A stretch of DNA of 64,000 nt from Epiperipatus broadwayi. Taxonomy: Eukaryota; Animalia; Onychophora. The stretch is taken from the NCBI GenBank assembly GCA_028023455.1, contig JAQFVV010000002.1, positions 30,752,001 through 30,816,000 on the forward strand, in the 5' to 3' direction. Below the pieces are notes generated by a model. That model did not search any database. It saw nothing but the letters and a program-made list of their open reading frames with translations, and was not told where the DNA came from. Below are positions 1-12,789 of this stretch, piece by piece (position 1 is the first letter of the stretch; every line of letters begins with the position of its first letter). A program made the position numbers and the translations under genes.

Positions 1-332
1 TTTTGGCCAAAAAATCAGTTACACAAGTGGATCACCCTGCCTATTCACTTGACTTAGCTTCTTGAGTTTTTTGGTTATTTCCAAGATTAAAAACTGCCCT
101 GAAAGGATGAAGGTTTCTACTATAACTCATACCCAGAAGAATGTGAGACAGCTGCTTAACATTATTTCTGAAAATGAGTTCTTGGTGTGCTTCCAGAAAT
201 GAAAATGTCATTTTAATCATTGTATAGATGAACAAGAGGGTTACTTTGAAGACGACAGTAACCACTAGGATACACTTCCATGTGTATGTTTTATAAAGCT
301 GTACTCTGGGAATTAAATTGTCACACCTTGTA
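1..332 (+). mobile_element. Mariner transposase relic, 3' end with right TIR + TA
   Basis: Plus strand reads FLAKKSVTQVDHPAYSLDLA.VFWLFPRLKTALKG...CFQK...CIDEQEGYFEDD (decayed HPPYSPDLAP motif and mariner C-terminus). Ends in gggaattaaattgtcacaccttg-TA. Confidence 0.85.
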
Positions 333-759
333 TATTTTCTTTTTTTTTTGTCTTAATAAATTGTCCTCATAAAAGATTTTAAGGAAGAATATAATATACT
401 GCATGGACAAAAGGCGTTATTTTTTAAATAATGTGAAAGAGATTATAGAAACACCATTTCTGGAATTGCTTATATATAGATCAAAGTAGTTTGAGTTTAA
501 ATGAAAGAATAAACATTTTTAAAAGTAAAAGAATAAATATCTTAGATCTCCATTATATATTCCTAAGAGAAGTACTGGCCATAAGATTTGTACGAGCAGG
601 CTGAAGTTGTCTTCTTTGAGATTTTATTTATTTAACAGGTTGATTTTTTTAGGCAGCTTAAACACCAATAAAATATTGTAAAGGAATTTGTGGAGATTCC
701 AACAAGAAGACAGATTCATTAGTGATTTTATTAAATCCTTTAATTTTGGTGATGTTACT

Positions 760-1290
760 GAAGGTTCAATATTAACTATATGAATCATAGTTTGGGTTTG
801 TCCACATTTACATAAATCTCCATGTCCTGATTCTATGAGACTCCATTTGCATACAGGAAGTTAAGATCCAGCTGGCTTTATTGTTGTATTTGGAAAAAGA
901 AATTTGTATAGAACATCATAAGAATTTCATTTTTTTACAACAAATTCTTTGATATTAGATTCTTGATTGGATATCCAAAATATGGATCCTGATTTGAGAC
1001 AAATCTTAGGTAATGAAGTTATCTTTTGAGTTGATAGGAAATCCAACCCACATAACAGCTTTTTATATATTTTCTGTGAAGCAATTCCTGATATCTGGCA
1101 GAAGAGCCGAAAGTACAATAAGACATTGCAAAGGAGTAGACTTGAGTGTACTAGTATTATTTCTCAATATTAAATAGAGGTATCCAAACATTAACCCAGT
1201 GTTCACTAGCAGAGAAGCTATCATAAGGTATTTATATCGCAACCCCAAACAGTACCAGCCAGTTTTTGAAGGAGGTTATTCTTAGAAATT
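760..1290 (-). mobile_element. Ingi/Vingi-like LINE relic (post-RT C-terminal region)
   Basis: Minus strand reads NNLLQKLAGTVWGCDINTL, TLKSTPLQCLIVLSALLPDIR and CKWSLIESGHGDLCKCGQTQTMIHIV, with stops and frameshifts. These match motifs I recall for Ingi/Vingi ORFs. Confidence 0.7.
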
Positions 1291-1514
1291 AATTTTGATC
1301 TAATTTGAGATAAATGATGAAAATAAATTAGTCAAAGATCCAAGATTATTCCTACATATTGTGTTGTAAGATTGTGTTTCATTCTGTTATTGCAAATGTT
1401 TATATTCGATTAAAATATGGACTCCTGTTGTTTAGATGAAAAATTGAACATAGTGTTTTTATTGAATTTTGAATATATCTCTAGACTTTGAAAATATCCT
1501 TATTAAGAGATTTT

Positions 1515-1694
1515 TTGGTACTTGGAACCTTATCCCCATGTGGCCGCAAGAGGCGCTGTTTTCCATGTGAACAGCGCCATCTAGTGGCTGGAACTTGCAT
1601 CACTGCTTTAGGCCCCCTACTTTGAATATTTCTGTGGTTGACACGGAAAACAGCGCCTCTTGCAGCCACATGGGGTTAAAGTTCCAAGTACCAA
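1515..1694. mobile_element. MITE with ~57-bp TIRs
   Basis: ttggtacttggaacc...gcgctgttttccatgtgaac is the inverse of gttgacacggaaaacagcgc...gttccaagtaccaa. Confidence 0.8.
1572..1588 (-). promoter_or_regulatory. CTCF consensus-like motif inside MITE
   Basis: Minus strand GCCACTAGATGGCGCTG matches the CTCF core consensus. Binding not shown. Confidence 0.4.
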
Positions 1695-2966
1695 TTTTTC
1701 TATTTTGAGAAAAATTTCCGTTTCAAAAATCAAAGCACTATCATTAATATAGATGAATTTCCTGCATTCTTTATCGAGAAGATCACCAATGAATATATAT
1801 CAAATAAAGTAGATGAGAGAATCCTATGATAGACCATTTTATAAAATTTTGCATTTAGTGTCACCTGAATTTTTCTGTTGGGGAGCATTTTGCCGATTAA
1901 ACTAAATTAATAGTTTCGCTGTGCTGAGGTTAGATAATAAAGGTTGCACTATTTTTTAATTTATTTTCAAAGCCTTTTTCAGGGTGAATTGATAAAAATG
2001 AAACTTATTCATAGCAACTTTTTTTCCGGATCAATCAAACCTGTTCAATGAATAAATAGCTCTCGACTATTAGCAAAATTTGTGCTAATATGATTTTACC
2101 GAAAAGCTTGTAAGACATAATAATAATATTGGCCAATAATTTTTTTGTATCATTACAGAGTTTATTTTTTAATCAAATTTTTATATATTTTGAAGTTTAA
2201 AGAAACAAATTAATTTTTTCTCCTTAGGAAGTCATTGTAACCATCATAACCCAATCAGTTAAATCATGTAATTGCTTAAAATGTCTCTTGACCATCGGTG
2301 CGATTTGCACCCTAGTATAATTTTGGTGTTATACCCAAGTTGTATTGCTTTTATTTCAATGTCATTTAATGTATTTTGAATATATAGGGAACACAATAGA
2401 CAAGTCCTCTACCTTATCTCAATTGTGTTCAACTCTAATAACTATTGTCATCCAATGGGATTATCTATGCGATCTTCCTTTTGTATTATTCTCGATTTCT
2501 CACCTTGCAATTATGATGCTGTCTTGGGTTGTCATACTGTAACCCATGAAACCCATGATATGCAGTGCATGTAGATCATCAGCTACAATGTACTTGTGTG
2601 TTCTCAATCTTGTATCTTGCTCTGTGTGTGAAATAAAGTTTCCTTTTGAAATGTAGAATTGTTTCTTTTTTGTGCGAGGTCTTTGATTTATGATTTATGA
2701 TGCGTTTCAGGCCACGAATTGTCCTTGCCAACCCGACTAAAGGAATAATTTAAAAGCTTTCAAAATGAAAGCATTTTCAAATTAATATATCAAAATGTAA
2801 TTTAAAATTAATTAAATAAAAATATTTAAATTTTATTTTATGATCAATATTTTCTTAGCTTTATTGTTTTTAGTCCTATGATAGTTTTACAGTGCATTTA
2901 ATATTTTTTGTGTAATTTATTGTTAAAATTGCAGCTTCAATCAAATGCATAAAAAAGTAAATACTG

Positions 2967-3566
2967 TCATCATCATCATCAATCATTATAAATGCACAGC
3001 AGGATGAAGGTCTCTCCAAGTTCAAACCATCTCCAATCTTTAGCTTCTCTTCTCCACACCACCCCTGCTTACTTTCTTATTTCATCCATCCATCTCACAT
3101 GTGGTCTCTTTCTGGGTCTTTTACAATCTCTTGAAATCCAGTTTAAGATTTCAATTGTCCATCTATTATCATCTCTTCTAGCAATATGTCCAGTCCAACT
3201 CCACTTCAGTCTTTTCATTTTTTCAATGAGGTCAATAACATCTGTTTGTTCTCTTACCCATATATTGCGTTTTCGATCTCTTCACTTCTAACATGCATCT
3301 CTCCATACTTTTGTGAGTGGTCTGAAGTCTCTGTATTACTCTTCTATTAAGTGCCCAAGTCTCAGATCCATTAATAAGAACTGGTAAAACACATTTATTA
3401 AAAATTTTTTTTTTCAAACACATATTTCCTTTTAGTATCAAGTTATTTCTACCAAAAGCACTCCAATCAAGTTTAATTCTATGATTAATTTCATCCATTA
3501 TGTTTCCATCTGTATTAATAATCTGACCAAGATATTTGTAGCCGTTAACTTTTTCTAACTCATCAT
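2967..3566 (-). mobile_element. RTE-clade LINE, 5'-truncated 3' fragment
   Basis: ORF 3232-3498 DEINHRIKLDWSAF...KCVLPVLINGSETWAL; (TGA)n 3' tail at 2967-2980. Confidence 0.9.
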
Positions 3567-4196
3567 ACGATGTTTTTAGTAACCAACAGGTTGAGGAGGA
3601 GTACCAATAGTACTTAATTACTTTGCTGTTGATTTTATTTTTAAACGAAAATATGTTTTATTTTTGGAATAAAAAATTTCAAATTAACCTAATATACTCG
3701 TCTTCTTTAAAGTGAAAGCGATAAATTTCAAGATAGCATTAATTCGAAATGCAATGGAAAGCAATTAAAAATGGTGAAATCGTAAGGGAGTTTCCAATGG
3801 AACATTTAATGGAGAAATACTTTAGTCTACTTATTACACCCCCCCCCCACTTCCAAACTGAAAATAATGTTTTTTAAATGGATTTTTTCCAGCGGTAATT
3901 ACCTATATTTAAAATCTTTCTTACTCAAAAACACTCTTAAGAAAATGATAGTTAATCAAAGAAGCATCTTAAGTGTTGTAATTTTATTTTTAATAAGAAA
4001 GGAAGTTTAAACTTTGTTTATTTCTTTTTTATTATTATTATTATTATAATAATTCCATAACCTTATATAAAATTGTCTTTTTATTTAGATTGTCATAGAA
4101 AATAATATTCATTGAAAGAGGAAAAACATTATTAATATTGTTAATTATTTGAATTTTTTTTAAAAGGGGAGAATTGTGTACAAAATACGATGCAAA

Positions 4197-4298
4197 GCGT
4201 TGGTGATCGAGAGGTCAGCACAGCTGCCTTACAAGCAGTTATCCCGGGTTAGCAGGTTCACTTCCCGGCCGATGCTATGACACTTGCAAAAAAAAAAA
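4197..4298 (+). mobile_element. tRNA-Gly-derived SINE-like copy
   Basis: gcgttggtgatcgagaggtcagcacagctgccttacaagcagtt...cccggccgatgc + atgacac + poly(A). Resembles tRNA-Gly(TCC) with an insertion near the T-arm. Confidence 0.7.
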
Positions 4299-4299
4299 G

Positions 4300-5235
4300 A
4301 TTCATGGCAACTTAATCCCCCTACTGCAGCTTTTTAAATATACATGTGAAAGTGTACACTAATGGTTACTGTCACCTTCAAAATAAGTTCCCTTATGCAT
4401 CAATACACTGATTAAAATGCCATTCCCCATTTTTGGAAGTATACCCAGAAATCATTTTTAGGATTTGTGTTGAGGAGCGGTTTCACATTCTTTTGGATGT
4501 CAGTTATAGTAGAAAATCTTCATATTTTCAGTGCAGTTTTTAATTTTGGAAATAACCAAAAAATCATAGAGAGCTAAGTCAGGTGAATAGGCAGGATAGG
4601 CTAGTTGTGCAATTGAATTTTTGGTCAAAATGTCTCTGTTCATTCATCAAGATTGGAGGCACAAACTTTGCAAAAATCTTTCTCATGTCCAATTCTTTAT
4701 TAAAATTAGCTTGTTTCTCGATTAATCTGCCATTCTTCAGCTATCAATCTCACATTTAATTATCTGTCAGACCATATTGCAAATTATACTTTGTTAATAT
4801 TAATGCCAATTATTGTTGTTTTTGGCTGTCTGCTTCTAGGATCATCCATCACATCCTCTTGCCTATCTTTGAACCTCTTATGCTAAAAAACACATTCGAT
4901 TTCTTCATAGCGTCTTTACCAAATGCCACTTGTAAAGTTGTAACATTTCAGTAGCTCATTTGCTGATTTTCACACAAAATTCGACATTAATACGCTGCTC
5001 AAAATTTTGATTACCCATTTTTATGCCAAAGTGTTAACATGGATATTTATTATCTTCTCACATGGATATTTATTATCTTCTCAATAGCTAGCTAACAATT
5101 AGCTCTATCAACTTAAAATTTACACACATGTTAGCTTAAACATGTTCAAATATGAATACTCACGTGATTTTGATACAATAACATCATGAGTGACACCACA
5201 TGGCCATTTTGGGAATTAAATTGTCATACCTCATA
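4300..5235 (-). mobile_element. Internally deleted mariner relic
   Basis: Minus strand reads EQRINVEFCVKI...HKRFKDRQEDVMDDPRS, then MRKIFAKFVP joined to YPAYSPDLA, so the DD catalytic region is missing. 5' TIR at 5211-5233 matches the TIR at 308-330. Confidence 0.85.
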
Positions 5236-5394
5236 CATGTCTATTATGAAATTCTATTAGTAATTTAATTTGTCTGCTTAAGCTAATAATTTATATGTGT
5301 GTATAGTGTAAGTTTATTTATTTTAATTATCAGTTCTATAGATATTTGATAGTTGTAACAATTTTAATGAGTTCATAAATATCTTACAGAGCAC

Positions 5395-6160
5395 TGATAA
5401 TATAAACTTATTCACAAAACAATGAGGTCCAAAAATGTTACCAAGATAGTTTACAAGGCAGATCTCTAAGGAATCATTTTAAATGAATTTGCAAATAATG
5501 CCAGCTTTATTTTATGACAATACCAATTTATTTGTCAGATAAAAAATGGCTACTTTTATCGGAGCACCAATTTGTTATATAGTAATAAATCCAGCATCGA
5601 TACTCAAAAAGGTTGAAAGTTTTATGAGTGGCAAAGTTTATTTTTATAATAGTCAAGCCGCTGTACAGTTTAAAATATTAATTCAGATGAAATTCTAGCA
5701 ATTTTAATGAAAGTGGTCTAGCATATATGCTGATAATGTGAAATTTTTACACAATAACGAAATCTGAAAATATTATTAAGATTCCAACAGAGAACATTTT
5801 AAATGAACTTGCCAATAATGCCCATATTTTCTTATTTCAATGCAGATCTATTTATCAAACAAAAAGAGGCTTTTTATCTGATCTCCAGTTTGTTATTTAG
5901 TAATAATTCAATGCACCGATGACAAAAAGGCTGACATTTTTTATTAGCAATAATTTTTGCCTTTATACAATCAAGCCAACTTACAGTTTCAAATATTAAT
6001 CGAAATGAAATTTTAATGATTTTGATGAGGCCTTAAATATTTTATAGCATGTTGATAATATAAATTTATTCACAGAACAACCAAGTTGGAAAATATTAAG
6101 ATAATTCACAAACCAGATCCCTAAAGAATCATTTTAAATGAATTTCCAAAATAACACTAT
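5395..6160. repeat. Degenerate tandem repeat, ~330-bp unit, about 2.3 copies
   Basis: cattttaaatgaa(t/c)tt anchor recurs near 5476, 5796 and 6130 with similar flanks. Confidence 0.7.
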
Positions 6161-6450
6161 TTGTTATTTACAGTTCATTAAAATCATTAGAATTTTATCT
6201 GAATTAATATTTGAAATTGTAAGCTGACTTGATTAATATAAAAACAAAAATCATTGTTACTAAAAGGTTTAAGACTTTTTGAGTGCCAGTGCTCGATTTA
6301 TTAATATGTAACTAACTGGAGCTTATATAAACATGGGTGTTATTTATAAATCCACTTAAAGAAATTCTCTAGGATCTGGTTTGTGAATTACCTTAGTGAC
6401 ATTTTCAGACTTGATTGTTCTGTGAATAAATATATAGTAGATACTATACA

Positions 6451-6772
6451 AAGGCAAAACTCCCCATACAGTAGTGCCACCCTGTGCCAAACAGAGTAAT
6501 CAATGCAAGCCAGAAGGCTTGTGCATAAAATCCCTATCTAGTGCCTACTCATCCAATATCCCCAGACTAGTTTCTGGCTTGTGGACATCATCAGTGAGGA
6601 GCCTTGGATCTGAGAGCACTGCACCTAGATAGGGATTTTATGCACAAGCCTTCTGGCATCCATTGATTACTCTGTTTGGCACAAGGTGGCACTACTGTAT
6701 GGGGAGTTTTACCTTTGTTTACAACAAATTATGTGCTAGTATAGAGATGGTGATCATGTGATGTTTGATGGT
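6451..6772. mobile_element. Family A HHR-bearing two-armed inverted insertion (A1), 13-bp TSD
   Basis: TSD TAGATACTATACA at 6438-6450 and 6773-6785. Inverted arms. HHR on minus strand at about 6556-6600. Inversion junction at microhomology CTAGAT (6625-6630). Confidence 0.85.
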
Positions 6773-6989
6773 TAGATACTATACACATGGTCATATAGTA
6801 ATATAATACAAATAATAATCAAATGTACCTATCTATCTACACACAGATAATCATTTAAACAGGGTAGATTGCATTTTTTGATTACCTTGCATAATTCTTT
6901 TTTTTAAAAAAAAAATTTAAATCAGTATTGGACATATATGATCATCATCATAATGTTAAATGTGGACATATGTGGCCATCATCACATTA

Positions 6990-7500
6990 AAAGAGTTTCC
7001 TGTAACTGAAAGGATACCTTTTTGGTTCTCTTTGAGGCTTAATGGAATAAAGTAAGGCAAATTCCTAATGTCATTTCCTTATATTTTTGTCATTGCAGAT
7101 GTTTTGTTATATGTTATTCCTATATTAAATGAACATGTATGAACTGCTTACCAACATATATTCGTCAGCATAACCAGTTTACTGGATTTTTGTTTTTTTT
7201 ACATCTAAGTTTAAAATCAAGAAACATTGTGGTCTGTCTAAGTTGCCTGAGGTTATCATCATTTTAAAGGAATTTCTTGATAACTGAAAGGAGACCCTTT
7301 GATTCCTCTTTGAGGTCTTAAAGGAATGAATAGGACAAATTCCTAATGTCCATTCATATGTTCTTGTCATTGCAACTGTTATTACTATGTGATTATTCAT
7401 ATAGTAAATGAACATGGATGATCTGCTCATCAACATGCGCCAGCCAGCATAATGAGCTTACTGTTTTTTTTTATTTCCAAGTTTAAGATCAAGAACCACC
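6990..7500 (-). repeat. ~270-bp tandem duplication of a LINE RT-like fragment
   Basis: 6990-7230 resembles 7262-7500. Contains LILNLDVKKTKI. A related copy lies at about 61560-61810 (+). Confidence 0.5.
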
Positions 7501-8518
7501 ATGGTCTTTATTCTCAGTTGTCTGATAGTTCTTAACTGAAATATCAAGATTTCTTTAAGGATACGTATGATATATGTTATTAAAATAGGTAATTTTATTG
7601 TGGTAGGTTCTCATTTGAATATTATTAGTATCATTTCTATGGAAATTTGTCATCTGTTCTTTATAAATTTATTCATCGTGTACTTTTTCTCGGACTAATT
7701 AAGTTACAGGATAAAATGTTAGTCATGTTTTTATTACGTAATTTTCAGCTCACATCTAATTTTAATCTAGCAACTGACCTGATAACAATCATCATCATCT
7801 TCATATATGAATATTTTTATTTCCTATTTTTTTTAGTGTTCATTACAAAATGAATACTTTTTAAGTCAATGGATTTACATTTTGAATGGATGGATTATTT
7901 ATTAAAAATTATTTTCACACTAAAGCGTTTTATTGACCTCAAAGAAAGTCTTAAGAATCATAATGACCAATCACAGCCTTCCATTGCTTTTCATTTAGTT
8001 TTACCATTCATTATTGGAACCATTTTCATAGCTTAAATATATATTTTTTAAATTTCAAAATCTAATCGGTAGTACTACTTTCTTTTCCAGTGAAACTTTT
8101 TTTGAAATAAATAAATAAATGAAATTATTAGTGCATCTCTTATTCTTGAATTTGAACCCAATGATCATCAAATGTGTTGCCTTATTTATTATTCACACTG
8201 AAGTTTGAATACTGAGAAAATATCAATTAGTATTTTTCTTCTTCTTGGTATTAGATTAGCTAACTGAAGTGGTTCTGGAAGAGTTCTTGTTTTCTGAGAA
8301 AAACAGAGCAATAATTAACCAATTGAATGTAGCGTACCATGTTTTTTGCTCTAGATTTTACTGCGGCTAACACCTTAGGGAAGTCCAATCATTTTTTAAA
8401 AAAATAAACGGATAATATAATAAAAAAGAGCTGAGGATGTCACTCATTAATTATCATCAATGTTATGCTTCATGGGAGTGCTTAGGAACCCCCAACACAC
8501 GTTATAGGTATGTATGCA

Positions 8519-10024
8519 TATCATCATCATCAACAACCACTATCAATCCACTGCAGTATGAAGATTTCTCCAAGTTCAATCCATCTCCGATCTTTAGCTT
8601 CTTTTCTCCACTTCATCCCTTCACACTTTCTTATTTTATCCATCCATTGCACATGTGGTCTCTTTCTGGGTCTTTTACAATCTCTTGGAATCCAGTTTAA
8701 GATTTCAATTGTCCATCTATTATCATCTCTTCTAGCAATATGTCCAACCCAACTCCACTTCAGTCTTTTAATTTTTTCAATGAGGTCAGAAACACCTGTT
8801 TGTGTATATCTATCTTGAGTGTTCTGTTTCAAAATGTGAATGTATTAACACACACATATATATTTATTTAAATTAGTAATGTACTATTAGATGTTATCCA
8901 TGCAAGATAGAGACTCTTATGGTCTTGTTTGCTAAGTGTGTGTGTGTTTTTTTTTAAAAAAAATACGAAATAGCAGCCACACAGTTATAGGATCTGAATA
9001 ACCTGCCCAAGTAAGAAATAAAAGTGTTTGGAAGCGAGGCACTTAAAAATTGAATGTGAATGTAGAATTCTTAAGTTATGTGCATTTTAGCAGTTTTCTT
9101 AGCTTATTAATTGAAAGACTAAGCCATTCGGCAATTTGCGATTTACATAGTATGATGATAGAAATATTATTTAAATTATGTCAAACTCTTAGAGAAGATT
9201 CTACAGCTCATTCCAAGTCCATCTCAAGTCTCTGTATTGCTCTTCTATTAAGTGTCCAAGTCTCAGATTTATAAGTAAGAACTGGTAAAATACATTTATT
9301 AAAAACCTTTCTTTTCAAACACATAGGCATATTTCCTTTTAGTATCAAGTTATTTCTATCAAAAGCATTCCAACCAAGTTTAATTCTATGATTAATTTCA
9401 TCCATTATGTTTCCATCTGTATTAATAATCTGACCCAGGTATTTATAACTGTTAACTTCTTCTAACTCATCATAATCAATCTTTATTTTCATATTTTGAG
9501 AAAATCCATTAAACTTTACTTTAGTCTTTTTAACATTTATCTTTAGTCCTACTTTCCTACTTTCATCTGATAATTCCTGCAACATTTCCTGCAGCTCTAA
9601 AGCATTATTTACAAAAACCATCTGCAAAATCTTAATTACTTAAATAATCTCCATTTACATTCACTCTTTTAGCTTTCCATTTTAATTCACAAAATACTTA
9701 TTGCAGCACTGCTGTAAAAAGTTTTGGAGATATGGAATCACCCTGTCTTACAGCCTTCTCAATGTTGACTTTCCCAGTATCATTATATAATCTAATTGTT
9801 GCTGTTGCATTTTTATAAATATTCTTCAAAATATGACAATATCCTGGATCTTTCCTTTATGATCCAATGCTTTAATCACTGAAGAAATGTTTATAGAATC
9901 AAATGCCTTCTTCATAATCTACAAATCCAAAACATAATGGCAACTCATATTCATTTGTCCTTTCTATAAATTCTCTCTGTGCCTGGATATGATCTACTGT
10001 ATTAAAACCACTTTTAAATCCAGA
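8519..10024 (-). mobile_element. RTE-clade LINE relic interrupted by a locally copied segment
   Basis: ORFs 9899-10105 (GFNTVDHI...FVDYE), 9208-9627 (GLKINVKKTK...YLGQII) and 8530-8832 (KWSWVGHIARR...QWIDSG); (TGA)n tail. Confidence 0.92.
8812..9224 (+). repeat. ~410-bp direct repeat, copy 1 (copy 2 at 10228-10634)
   Basis: Near-identical to 10228-10634 by eye, from tcttgagtg to ccaagtccatct. Confidence 0.9.
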
Positions 10025-11272
10025 TATGTAAATAAATAGTAGGTGAAATTTAGTGCATTCTATTAATATATATGCCGTAAAATCATTGATTGCTATCTGA
10101 TGCAAAACAATATACTAATTTTCTAATACTATACATGTATTTTGACTAAAAATCCTCATAGATGTACTAGACGTTTGAACACCTGCTGACCATGATGGAG
10201 TAGAAGTTTGAGCTTTGTGCATACCTGTCTTGAGTGCTCTGTTTTCAAAATGTGAACGTATTGACACACACATATATAATTTAATTAAATTAGTAATGCA
10301 CTATTAGATGTTACCCCCTCAAGATAGAGATTCTTATGGTCTTGTCTGCAAATGTGTGTGTTTTTTTAAAAAATACGAAATAGCATCCACACAATTATAG
10401 GATCTGAATAACCTGCCCAATTAAGAAATAAAAGTGTTTGGAAGCGAGGCACTTAAAAATTGAAAGTCAATATAGAATTCTTAAGTTATGTGCATTTTAG
10501 CAATTTTTTTAGCTTATTAATTGAAAGACTAAGACATTCGGCAATTTGCGATTTACATAGTATGATGATAGAAATATTATTTAAATTATGTTAAACTCTT
10601 AGAGAAGATTCTACAGCTCATTCCAAGTCCATCTAGTGATAAATGTGATTGGACTTATAGAGATTTGGCATAGATGTTGAAAATCAGGTCTTGACAGAGT
10701 TATGAATGATCTATCATCAATATACAAAATAAACGAGTCTTTTCTTGGCCAAGACCATCTGGGTTGATAGGCAATGGTGTTTACTAATGATGGAAATGTT
10801 TCATAGTTTGCACTCTAACTTATAAGAAATAAGAATATTTTATTTTTAAAGGATGTTATGGGTTTACCAAACATGGACATAGATATTTTTTCGCATGTTA
10901 TTTTAATTACGCTATTCATCTTAATTGGAAATGAGTAAGTAGGAATTATTAATCACTTGCTGGAGCAAATCGTAAAAAAAAAATGGTTAATAGACTTCTA
11001 TCTGTTATGATTTTGAATACGTAGATGATCCACAAGAGGTTTTAGCTGATTTATAGTAATGGATTTAAATATAAGATCTAGTACGGTTTTTGTCATAATA
11101 TGAACACATGCCAATATAAAGATCTCATAATCAAATGGCAGATAAAGATAAGAGAATTATTGAGAACTGTAAGTGCAACAATTATTTTGAGGTAATTGTT
11201 GATTGTGTATATGAAGTTAAAAATTATCAAGAAATAAATATTAGTAAAAATCAGTCATATTTCACATGACCT

Positions 11273-11577
11273 ATATAGCTTGTATTACCAATATGTAATA
11301 TATAAAGAGCCTACTAATAGCTATATAGCTTGTATTACCAATATGTAATATATAAAGAGCCTGCTAATAGCTCTAAACAAGCTTATTTATTTTATTTTTT
11401 ATGATAAATGCTACAAAAGAAAATACCTGAAGCCTTTATCTATGATGGTCCTCATCCCCAGACCGGTTTCGAGCTATGGCTCTCATCAGTGAGGAGCTTT
11501 CTCTTGTAGCATTTATTATAAAAAATAAAATAAATAAGCTTGTTTAGAGCTATTAGCAGGCTCTTTATATATTACAA
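11273..11577. mobile_element. Family B foldback element enclosing an intact HHR; 50-bp tandem duplication at left end
   Basis: Arm ~11345-11422 is the inverse of ~11500-11577. tatatagcttgtattacc...ctaatagc occurs twice. Confidence 0.8.
11455..11495 (-). ncRNA. Type I hammerhead ribozyme, complete consensus core (family B)
   Basis: UCCUCA CUGAUGA GAGC-CAUA-GCUC GAAA CCGG UC UGGGGA: helix I 6 bp, helix II 4 bp, palindromic helix III ACCGGU, GUC cleavage triplet. Confidence 0.9.
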
Positions 11578-12255
11578 GAAATAAATAGAAATGTGGTCAA
11601 CCAAATACAATTCTAATGAAATTGCCAAGACATATGCTAAATTACTTTCTTTAGCTAATCATAATAATTCACTAAATACTAATGACATTTTTTAAAAATT
11701 GATTTACCTGGCAGAGTGTAATGCAGGGGAAATAAGAGTTGAGGTGGAGAGTAATTAAATATGGATAATAGAAATATTTTAGCAGATTTCCTAGACTACA
11801 AATGGATGGAGGCTACTCATAGATGGATTTGGATTATCTTTTTTATATTAGACAAAAACTGTTCACCATGTTGATATAAGATTTTTCAAAGTGTTGTAAA
11901 AACTGAGGAAATGTAATATGCTGAAAGTTTTTAAAGATTGGAAGTATAATATTATGGAAATTAATTTGAAAATCTAGTTTTCTATTTTCAAGAAGGAAAA
12001 CTTGTTGAATGAGGGGTGTTAACTATTAATATTACTGGCTATGAGACTCTTTCTTTGTAATATTTTGCTGAACATTTACAATTTTTTTATCCAATGATTT
12101 ATATTATAAAAATGATGATACATTCAGTAGAATTTGTGTTCGATTTTTTGGAAATACTTATATTGAGATTTGATTTTTTATTTTAATAATCAGGATATTT
12201 TTTTGGTGACCATTATACAAGAGGTGAAATTGTTTATAAGGATTAAGTCTCTGTT

Positions 12256-12643
12256 AACTCTATACGTATTGTCACTCAGTGCCAGAGTAATCAATGAATG
12301 CCAGAAGGCTTGTGCATAAAATCCCCATCTAGTGCATACTCATCTAATATCCACAGACTAGTTTTTGGCTTGTGGCCTTCGTCAGTGAGGAGCCTTGGAT
12401 CTGAGAGCACTGCACCTAGATCTTAGGATCTAATGCAACCCTCCAGCATTCACCTTTTTATCTCTACTTAATTACAAAACCATGAGATTTAAATTGAAGG
12501 CACTGGATGGGAGTTTTATGCGCAAGCCTTCTGGAATCCATTGATTACTCTGGCTTGCACTGAGTGGCAATACGTATAGAGAGTTTTGCTTGTTTTAATA
12601 ACAGTTATGAGCAAGCATAGGAAATGGTGATCATGTGATGTTT
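12256..12643. mobile_element. Family A two-armed inverted insertion (A2)
   Basis: Left arm antisense with HHR (GAAA mutated to AAAA). Right arm sense, ending at catgtgatgttt. TSD not clear. Confidence 0.8.
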
Positions 12644-12789
12644 GTAATTAGGTAAACTGAAGATGATTTTCTTTCATCAGGTGATGCACAGATGTGTTGA
12701 GACATATTTCATAGCTTCATGATATGTTTCAAGATTATTAATTTTTCTATACACTTGATCATTACAAAGCCACTTTGCATAGTTTAATG

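Noticed and set aside
41-265. 74-aa minus-strand ORF
   Set aside because: Antisense shadow of the mariner transposase relic.
12655-12685. CTGAAGA...TCATCAG
   Set aside because: A small hairpin with no GAAA or NUH in the right place.
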